Shown here: positions 54,671 to 64,000 of the stretch, piece by piece
How the letters are laid out: the number at the start of each line of letters is the position of its first letter
How positions within the stretch are numbered: the first letter of the stretch is position 1
Assembly: GCF_003918875.1 (NCBI RefSeq)
Contig: NW_025767113.1
Span: forward strand, 1,736,001-1,800,000
Origin: Haliotis rubra
Lineage: Eukaryota
Length of the DNA: 64,000 nt
Direction: 5' to 3'
Notes under the pieces: model-generated
The model's database searches: none
What the model saw: only the letters and a program-made list of their open reading frames with translations
Told to the model about the DNA's origin: nothing
Program-made: the position numbers and the translations under genes

Positions 54671-55847
54671 TGTCATGTGAAGGAATCATGACCACTGAAC
54701 AGAAGCAGCATCTATGACCAATAAAACTCCCATTTTTGTATTTAAATTTATCTGTTGCTTTAAATGATATATTTTTCATAATTTTACATAATTATGTCAT
54801 ACCTGAATACCCTGTTACTTTGAGTTACGAATAAATGACCTTGTATATGCAGTTAAAGGCATTTACACACTAAAGTCATGCATTGTGGGCTACGTTCATA
54901 CAACTGGGCCGTCTAGTATATACAGCTGGACCGTCTAGTATACACGGCTCGAAACACGCAATCTTCCCGTTCCCGGAGCCTCATCCAATCAGTTACGGCT
55001 GTCGTCTCTTCTGACATATGTACAAATGCGATTGCTAAACACAAAGCATTTCTGATCTCCCCCAGGTCATCAACTATCCCCTGCCCAGAAGAAAAATTGT
55101 TTCAATTTTTCGATTTCAAGCATTTCTGAATATTCCCCTGCCCATCACTAAACGCTTACAGATGCAGAACACGCCTGATGCAAAACGTCCACATGTTATG
55201 CTGACTGAATGTTCGTCGTGAGAAGCAAGTCTAAATATTTCCATGGAGGGTAGCGTCAGCTTGAAGCTGTGATGATGTAATTTTGAACTTTTTCTAGCTA
55301 CGGCTCTTAACTTGTCGTTTATCTTCAATGTGCGTGGGTGATTTCGCGGTTCACGGTGTTTACCTTCCTAACGTGACGCTTCCCTTCTTTTTTCATTTCG
55401 AAAATGCTTTCATTATTTAGAGGAAGAAACGTGACGTTCAGTGGTGGTTAAAATGAGTGTAATTCCGTAGCATTCAAGACAAACATGGTTTTTCTTTACT
55501 TGCAGGAATTCATTGTTTGTCTTGCCTGCATGTTATCATATCAGTAGAGTAATTATACAGCAGGAATTAGCGGCAGTTCGTTCATGTGTTCAGTTGCTTG
55601 AATAAACATGAAACATCATCCAACATAAATGAATGCTTCTTTACTGGAGATGAAAGGAGAACCTCAATGTATCAATAAAAGAGATGCGGCACATTGAGAA
55701 GACAGAGAGGCCTGACGGCCGTCATATTCCCGCACTGGATGGTACACATGTGCGCCTGTCTTGAGTGCAGACTTATGTACGCCTGAAAACCAGTATTTGA
55801 CACTGCAGATTTTAACAGTGCATGTAAAACTGCTGTCAGAAAATGTA

Positions 55848-56459
55848 NNNNNNNNNNNNNNNNNNNNNNNNNNNNNNNNNNNNNNNNNNNNNNNNNNNNN
55901 NNNNNNNNNNNNNNNNNNNNNNNNNNNNNNNNNNNNNNNNNNNNNNNNNNNNNNNNNNNNNNNNNNNNNNNNNNNNNNNNNNNNNNNNNNNNNNNNNNNN
56001 NNNNNNNNNNNNNNNNNNNNNNNNNNNNNNNNNNNNNNNNNNNNNNNNNNNNNNNNNNNNNNNNNNNNNNNNNNNNNNNNNNNNNNNNNNNNNNNNNNNN
56101 NNNNNNNNNNNNNNNNNNNNNNNNNNNNNNNNNNNNNNNNNNNNNNNNNNNNNNNNNNNNNNNNNNNNNNNNNNNNNNNNNNNNNNNNNNNNNNNNNNNN
56201 NNNNNNNNNNNNNNNNNNNNNNNNNNNNNNNNNNNNNNNNNNNNNNNNNNNNNNNNNNNNNNNNNNNNNNNNNNNNNNNNNNNNNNNNNNNNNNNNNNNN
56301 NNNNNNNNNNNNNNNNNNNNNNNNNNNNNNNNNNNNNNNNNNNNNNNNNNNNNNNNNNNNNNNNNNNNNNNNNNNNNNNNNNNNNNNNNNNNNNNNNNNN
56401 NNNNNNNNNNNNNNNNNNNNNNNNNNNNNNNNNNNNNNNNNNNNNNNNNNNNNNNNNNN
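55848..56459. other. Assembly gap
   Basis: N run. Confidence 1.
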
Positions 56460-56479
56460 AAAAACATAAGCAAACTCTA

Positions 56480-57389
56480 GTCAGTTGTTCACCAGTAATA
56501 ATTCAGGAACGTATGGTGCAAGTCAAAATAGGGATCTGCATCGGACATCATATTTGTCATCAAATTTGGAAATGTCCTCCACATGTCTACCATAAAACGT
56601 CTTGAAAGCTTTACTGAGGTCTTGAATGTTGTAACCTTGATCACACAACGTACGACAAGAGTGGTATGACGCTCTTCGAAATCTAGGTAAAAAGAGCATG
56701 CTAGATTTTATCTCAAAAGTTGTGAAATGTGAACACCAATGGCTGGAGCTGTTGGAATATTGCTCTACATGAAAGGACAGTTGAATATTTGGAAGTTGAA
56801 ATCATAACTCTTGTCAAACAGCCTGGTGGCGATGTTTTTGTCACTCTGAAGCTTTATGCATAGATCTAAATATGAAACAGTTGAGGCGGTGTCACTTGTC
56901 GCCCTAATTTAAAGTTTATGTGGGTATATCAGTGGAAGGGAATTGGCTATTTGATGGTTATTGAACGGTATCAAATCATCCATATACCTGACGCTTAAGT
57001 TAAACTTCTTGGACAAATTACTTTGTTTTGATTTTGCCAACCCAAGCAGAAATTATGATTCATATGCATAAGGAAACAGATCCGCGAGGAGGGGAACATA
57101 ATTGGTGCCATGGGTATGCCGACTTCTTGTCGAAATGTTTTACCCCCAATTTTTTGCAATAAGAAAGTCCAGCATTACACACATTGTTTTCTCGGTAAAC
57201 TTCAAATGACATTTGCTTCCATTCTTTCTTAATTGTTCTGAACCTCTGAAGATATATTATATATATATATATATATCTGTGTTCACCAAGTTTCTTTACA
57301 AATGCCCCATGGATCAAGGCATGAAGTTTATCATGTGGGATAGTGGTATGCAACGTTTAAAAATCAAATGCTGTGACGAACGGAAGGTC
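56480..57389 (-). mobile_element. Penelope-like RT pseudogene, 3' part
   Basis: Motifs occur in order across frames: AFDF*TLHTTIPHDKL, VGIPM, RYMDD, SYLDL, RLFDKSYDFNF, KAFKTFYGRH. Confidence 0.88.
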
Positions 57390-58609
57390 TGTACAACCCC
57401 AGTATGTAAAAACTAACGCAATATGCAAAAACTAACGCAATATGTAAAAACGTAACGCTAAACGTAAAAAATAACGCAACATATAAAAAATTAACGCAAT
57501 ATGTAAAATATGTCTTTAACGCAAAAGGTTCAACACCTAACGCAAATTGTAAAATCACTCTTTAACTAAATATGCAAATAATTAACGGAATATGTAAAAT
57601 CCAGTTTTAGCTTCGAATAGTTGGGGTGGCAATGGAAATTCATGTTTTTTCACAAATTTGGCAAAAGTTGACTATATTTACAAAAACTAAGATATCACAA
57701 TGTTTCTTGACAAAATAAACGTCTTATTACTTGTAAATAGAGACGTTTTAATCGATCTTATATCTTATTTTCGAAAGTTTTAAAGGAATAATTTTATTCT
57801 TCAAACTCTGTTTACACAAATGGCATCTAGGCTTATATTCTTATTCAAGAAGGTTTACCTTTTGGGTTTGACTCCATCAAACTGTCCTTTTCCGTTGTTG
57901 ATAATTTGTGATTGCCGAATTGGGTTTTTAAAGAAAACCATTTATCGATCCTTCTTAATCGGTTTGAAATAACATGCATGTTGTAGTAATGTTTCCAGTT
58001 TTAACCTATTGAGTGTGGGGATTCGTGTTAATTGCAATTGGTACTTGGCATCGAGATGGTAGTTCTGACCATTGGACGTCGGACCCATCAACTGATCTGG
58101 GAGAGAGCGCCAATAGTTATGATTTGACTATATGTATATGAAACAACGGTGGGCGGTTTAAGGGAATACTGGAATGGTTCCTAATTGCGTGCATCTTGAC
58201 CTGCTATAACTTCAATTGCGGGTGGGAAACAGCTTCAAGTAAACCAACTGAGAATATAAAGGAAGATATTCCAATGTGTACTTTTATTAAATGACGTTTT
58301 GATTATATAAAGGTATGAATAAGGACATCTGTTTAACAATACTAAAAAGGAGAATTCAATTATATGTTTGTTCTGTTCCTTGCCTCTCGCTCTCTCCAAC
58401 ACTAACAGTGGCAGGGAGTTTGGGCAATATATATTTGGCCGTTTGATATCAATTGATGTGGCAATTTGAGCGTACCGACGGTTTACAGACTCTAGTATTC
58501 TACAGGCATTTAAAGACTCTGTTGCGGAAGTCAAACGCGCCGAACAGAGGTATGCAGTGATGATTTTGATATAACCAGATCCGGTAGAAATGGAACTGCA
58601 ATGACATCA

Positions 58610-59905
58610 CTGTCCCTCTGCTCTGGACCACTTTCTGTCTCACTGTCTCATTGTTCTGGACCACTTTCTGTCTCACTGTCTCATTGTTCTGGACCACTTT
58701 CTGTCTCACTGTCTCATTGTTCTGGACCACTTTCTGTCTCACTGTTCTCATTGTTCTGGACCCCTGTCGGACCACTTTCTGTCTCACTGTCTCATTGTTC
58801 TGGACCACTTTCTGTCTCACTGTCTCATTGTTCTGGACCACTTTCTGGACAACTTCTGTCTCACTGTCTCATTGTTCTGGACCACTTTCTGTCTCACTGT
58901 CTCATTGTTCTGGACCACTTTCTGTCTCACTGTCTCATTGTTCTGGACCACTTTCTGTCTCACTGTCTCATTGTTCTGGACCACTTTCTGTCTCACTGTC
59001 TCATTGTCTCTGGGCCATTGTTCTTTCTGTCTCACTCTCCCATTGTTCTGGACCACTTTCTGTCTCACTGTCTCATGGACCACTTTCTGTTCTGGACCAC
59101 TTTCTGTCCACTGTCTCTGTCTCACTGTCTCATTGTTCTGGACCACTTTCTGTCTCACTGTCTCATTGTTCTGGACCACTTTCTGTCTCACTGTCTCATT
59201 GTTCTGGACCACTTTCTGTCTCACTGTCTCATTGTTCTGGACCACTTTCTGTCTCACTGTCTCATTGTTCTGGACCACTTTCTGTCTCACTGTCTCATTG
59301 TTCTGGACCACTTTCTGTCTCACTGTCTCATTGTTCAGGGCCACTTTCTGTCTCACTCTTCCATTGTTCTGGACCACTTTCTGTCTCACTGTCCCATTGT
59401 TCTGGACCACTTTCTGTCTCACTCTCCCATTGTTCTGGACCACTTTCTGTCTCACTCTCCCATTGTTCTGGACCACTTTCTGTCTCACTGTCTCATTGTT
59501 CTGGACCACGTTCTGTCTCACTGTCTCATTGTTCAGGACAACTTTCTGTCTCACTCTCCCATTGTTCTGGACCACTTTCTGTCTCACTGTCCTATTGTTC
59601 TGGACCACTTTCTGTCTCACTGTCTCATTGTTCTGGACCACTTTCTGTCTCACTGTCTCATTGTTCTGGACCACTTTCTGTCTCACTCTCCCATTGTTCT
59701 GGACCACTTTCTGTCTCACTGTCCCATTGTTCTGGACCACTTTCTGTCTCACTGTCTCATTGTTCTGGACCACTTTCTGTCTCACTCTGTCTCATTGTTC
59801 TGGACCACTTTCTGTCTCACTCTCCCATTGTTCTGGACCACTTTCTGTTTCACTGTCTCATTATTCTGGACCGCTTTCTGTCTCACTGTCTCATTGTTCT
59901 GGACA
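58610..59905. repeat. 33-bp tandem minisatellite (CTGGACCACTTTCTGTCTCACTGTCTCATTGTT), ~39 copies
   Basis: 11-aa period in four open frames. Confidence 0.97.
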
Positions 59906-59989
59906 ATAATCTGAACAAACTGGTCTCTCAACAAAAACAAAATGAAAAGAAAAGGAAAACAAACTACAAAATAAATCCCCTGATATCTG

Positions 59990-60147
59990 CAGAATCTCAA
60001 GTTGAACATTCGTTACCGTACCAAATATCCTTAAAAATTTATAAATCACTTCTTAAGATCGCGCAAACCAGTTGTTTGGACGGACAGACAGACGGACGGA
60101 GGGTAATTTTATATCCCCAACCTACATGTGCGTTGTGGGACAAAAAA
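59990..60147 (+). mobile_element. Helentron/HINE (DINE-1/pearl-like) 3' end
   Basis: (GACG/GACA)n microsatellite, then TATATCCCC, an imperfect stem-loop CCCCAAC...GTTGTGGG and an A-run. Confidence 0.6.
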
Positions 60148-60641
60148 GGCCTAAAGGTAAAACCTCCTTCAATAGGACATAATGACTACAAGCCATATGA
60201 TTATTTATGTACAGCGACATGTATGGATATGTATATACTGTCGAATATAGATTATGATATCAAGTACCTCTACTATTCATGTATATTATACAATTATCGG
60301 CATTACTTTGATGTTTAATTACCGTGTAGATCGGATGTCAATTAAATTAGAAATGAGGTTAATTTTGACAGAAATATTGCAATATCTTAGCTATGTTGAA
60401 AAACAAGTAAAGTTTCTAACAAATTAATTTCTGTTGCCATGACTTATAAACAACCTACAAGCTGGATTTTACATTTTGCCGTTAATCTTTTACAAATTGC
60501 GTTAAAAATTGTTTTTACATTTTGCGTTAGGTGTTTACGTATTGCGTTAAAGCCATTTTTACATTTTGCGTTAATCACTTACATATTGCATTATTTTTTA
60601 CATATTGTCTTGATTTTGACATATTGAGGTTGTACAAGGTC

Positions 60642-60750
60642 CGTTTCTGTGATTGTAAAAATGTAAGCAAATCTTTTCGAGTTTTTATGAATCTACATAG
60701 TGTTAATTCCGCTTGTCTCAAATTCAAATACTTTCTTTGACTAACGAGAA
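60642..60750 (-). mobile_element. Penelope-like RT pseudogene, upstream continuation of 56480-57389
   Basis: Minus frame SGINTM*IHKNSK matches the G(I/V)N.MWI.KNS motif that precedes FDFSTLYT in this PLE group. Confidence 0.75.
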
Positions 60751-60754
60751 AACC

Positions 60755-61790
60755 TTACAGGTAGGTACTGGTAGGTACAGGTAGGTAGGTACTGGTAGGT
60801 GCACGTAGGTACTTACTGGTACTGGTAGGTACAGATGGGTGGTGCACGTAGGCACATACAGGCACAGGTAGGGATGTACAGGTAGGTGCACGTAGGCAGG
60901 TACAGGCACAGGTAGTAGGGGATGCTGGCAGGTATTGATATTTGCAGGTATTTATTGGTAGTGGTAGGCACAGATAGGTACTGGTAAGTACAGTTAGGTG
61001 CAGGTAGGTACTGGTACTGGTTGGTACAGGTAGGTACTGGTAGTTACTGAGGTAGGTACAGGTAGGTACAGGTAGGTAGGTACTACGGTAGGTACTGGTA
61101 GGTACTGGTAGGTACCGGTTGGTACCGGTAGGGGTAGGGTAGGTACAGGTAGGTAGGGTACCAGGTAGGCACAGGTAGGGTACTGGTAGGTACAGGTATG
61201 GTACTGGTACTGGCTGGTACAGGTAGGTACAGGTATTTACCCTTACACTGGTAGGTACTGGTTGGTACAGGTAGGTACTGGTAGGTACAGGTAGGTACAG
61301 GTGGGTATTGATAGGTACAAGTATTTACTGATAAGTAAGTACAAGGTACTGTTAATTACGGGTATGGACAGGTACTGGTAGGTACAGGTACAGGTAGCTA
61401 CTGAGAGGTTCTGTTAAGTACAGATAGGGACAGGTATTTACTGGTACTAGTAGGCACTTAAATGTACTGTTAGGTACCGGTAGGGACAGGTATTTACTGG
61501 TACTGGTAGGCACAGGTAGGTACTGGTAGGTACAGGTTGGTACTGACAGGTACTGGTAAGTACAGGTAGGGCATGTATTTACTGGTACTGGTAGGCACAG
61601 GTAGGTACTGGTAGGTACAGGTAGGTACTGATAGGTACTGTTAAGTACAGATACGGACAGGTATTTACTGGTACAGGTAGGTACTGGTAGGTACAGGTAG
61701 GTACAGGTAGGTAAAGGTAGGTACAGGTATTTACTGGTACTGGTAGGTATAAGTAGGTACGGGTTGGTCCATGTAGATGCAGGTACAGGA
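60755..61790. repeat. AGGT-rich degenerate minisatellite (GGTAGGTACA/GGTAGGTACT)
   Basis: Directly visible. Confidence 0.93.
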
Positions 61791-64000
61791 ATGTGATATT
61801 TGTGTATTTTCCACAATAATTCCCATTAGATCCAAATCCGCACGAACAAGCACATAATGCTTGTATGGTAAGCGGCGAGTATATGGAGATAGCTTATGCA
61901 AATTTGAGTGCGTGGTTATTATTGCATTTATTTTAGGTTCACATGACCCTGCTCGAGAGAGTGAGAATGTGACTTTTGTTTATCGGTAACAATACATTTG
62001 AATTATATTTCCTTCTGACATGCTAAGCATGAGATATGATATTAATATGTATTTGACATAAACAGGTAATTTGCAAGCTATTGTAATCTATGCTGGTAAC
62101 GATTGATATATTTCGTCAATATTACCAAAACTCTTTTTGTTTGTCAGGATATGTATTTGTAGAGGGGCTTGGACTAATGTACTGTCGAAATAGAAAAAAA
62201 ACAACAACTGCTTTTAGGCTGTTACTCTGTATCCCTAAAATTTACACGATTGCAAATAGCATATGTCGAAATAACCCATATCGGCCTAACTGGACGTTCA
62301 GTGGGATGCGTAATAGGTTTCCAGAAAAGCACGTTTACTCGTAAAATCGGGCTAAACATACGAATACAAGAGATCAGACTATAAATGGCGATCAGGTCGC
62401 CTCACATGGCATGAAATGCATGTGCCGTTTACAGGCACAAAGTGTCATCTCAAAGATATTTGATGCTTTTTTATGTGTGTTGAATATGTCCTATCTGTTG
62501 ATTAACATCGTACGTGTCTTTCTTTCATAATGTTTATGTTTAGATATGTAACAGAGTATGATACCCATAGAAAAGCTTAAATCAGCCATCGTAATAACTG
62601 TCTCAAAATATATAGGTGGCATGACCACCCGAGATCGACAGAACTGGATATCATTTGTAAACAGTTATGACATGCCGTTTACTTCCCTAGTTTAATTCCC
62701 CAAACGGATGACCTTATCTTAGCTGATATCTCTATCCCCAGCCCGACCCCAACCACCGTCTGCGACACCCGACCTGGTTTTGCTTTGAGTCGACCCCTCC
62801 TACCTGTTTGTTTTTGTAGTGATCGTAAGACTCCATGGTAGCTACATCCTTAATCGTTTCAGCATTAAAGTTACTATTTTTACGTCAGCTATCGTTTGTA
62901 ATGAGGATAACTCTAATTTCAAAATGGGCAGTTAAAAAGTGTCCTTTCTAATACAATATCATCGCACACTAATTTGCCTAAAGCCATGGTCTCTTCCAAA
63001 AAGTCGCTTTTGAATTATAAATTGTAGATATAAATGTGAAAAACAGGGGTTTTTTTTAGTTCCGACAGTACATGCGCAGTGAAGACACTGGGGGCAAGCG
63101 AAGACAAGCGTACACCAGTATACACGGGACTAACTACAACATGTTATATGACGTTGTGTGATACAAATTAAAGGTCAGCCTGCGGGGAAGAGAGTCCGAG
63201 TTCAAACCTTTCTGATTGGTCTGGAATACTAACATGACAGTGACACATCACAATTGATTAATAATGTGTTTGTTTATTGTTTACCATCAACAGGTTATTG
63301 GGAGAAGTGCAATGCATGCTACAACCGAGACAATGTGTTTGAAACTAGATGTTAGATGTACGGATCTGCCGTCCGATGTTGGCAGGTACAGCGTGCTGGT
63401 ACTGGATCTCTCGTGCCCTGCAGTCATTCATCAGTTGTTTGTGGAAGTCCGTGAGGTATCCATTGGATCCTCTTCTTCTTCTTTCAATTTATTTTACATT
63501 AACGCAAAAGGTTAAGTAGAGAAGTAAAACATACTTCACGAGTGAATCAGAGAACACATGATCTGTTTCAAGTAAGGGCAATAGTTAGAGCCTACGTAAT
63601 GGCTGACATACAAACTGTATTCTCTCATTTGGTTCCCTAATGGTCCACTGTACTCGAACATTTGGCTGTGACGACGCCTAAACGTGTAATGTTTTCACAG
63701 AGTTTGAATAAGGTATCCCATTTTGATTTTTCTCTATTATTCATATCTCTGGAAATAGTTGTAAAAGGGTTTTGAGACAATATCAACTCAGCATCACCTA
63801 CACAGACAACTACAGAGTAGACGGGCAACTTGAAACTGGTTTCACTGTGCGTTCACGATTACTACAGTGTTAAGCAGTGCAGTGTTAAGCAGTCTTAGTA
63901 CGGATTAACACCCGATGTTAACACAGGTCACCTAGCCACGTAACGTCAACTGACTCCGAGACGGCCGGGCCCTGCTGTATACTATTAATGCCGAGCTCCA

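Larger units (their letters stand above)
57390..60636. mobile_element. Non-autonomous TIR DNA transposon with TGT...ACA ends and a 5-bp TSD (Ginger-like)
   Basis: TGTACAACC..TATGT / ACATA..GGTTGTACA termini. Imperfect TIRs of ~180-215 bp are built from TAACGCAA(T/A)ATGTAAAA units. AGGTC flanks both sides (57385-57389, 60637-60641). Confidence 0.8.

Noticed and set aside
55664-55800. hAT transposase dimerization-domain remnant (RQASLSSQCAASLLLIH)
   Set aside because: The diagnostic ERxFS motif is absent and the region is cut by a gap, so the evidence is too weak.
58601-60318. Long ORFs of 322-555 aa
   Set aside because: They are read-throughs of a stop-free 33-bp repeat in several frames on both strands.
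63330-63830. Protein-like minus-strand frames near the window end
   Set aside because: They are short, with no recognisable domain or convincing splice pairs.

Overview
Eukaryotic (animal) genomic DNA that is rich in repeats, with no intact host protein-coding gene that I can recognise. The SINE families and Penelope-like RT motifs look molluscan, possibly abalone-like (an inference from recalled families). Nearly every long ORF in the track is a read-through of a tandem repeat or an N gap. About 30% of the window is unrelated minisatellite arrays (periods 51, 46/70/69, 44, 33, 28, 73, 28, 22, 33 bp, plus degenerate GT-rich, AGGT-rich and ~20-bp arrays). Mobile elements: two dead Tc1 transposons with TIRs (one hit by a SINE), a PIF/Harbinger MITE with a TTA TSD, a hAT-like MITE, at least three SINE families (several copies with TSDs), two L2/CR1-group LINE 3' fragments and three Penelope-like RT fragments. 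Two structures stand out. (i) A 3.25-kb TGT...ACA non-autonomous element with long TIRs and a 5-bp TSD (Ginger-like) splits a Penelope-like RT and carries a 33-bp satellite and a Helentron-like tail. (ii) A hAT-like MITE appears to have captured ~530 bp of neighbouring DNA inside its right TIR. There are three assembly gaps. I found no CRISPR array, no prokaryotic-type system and no convincing wholly new biological system. All alignments were done by eye.
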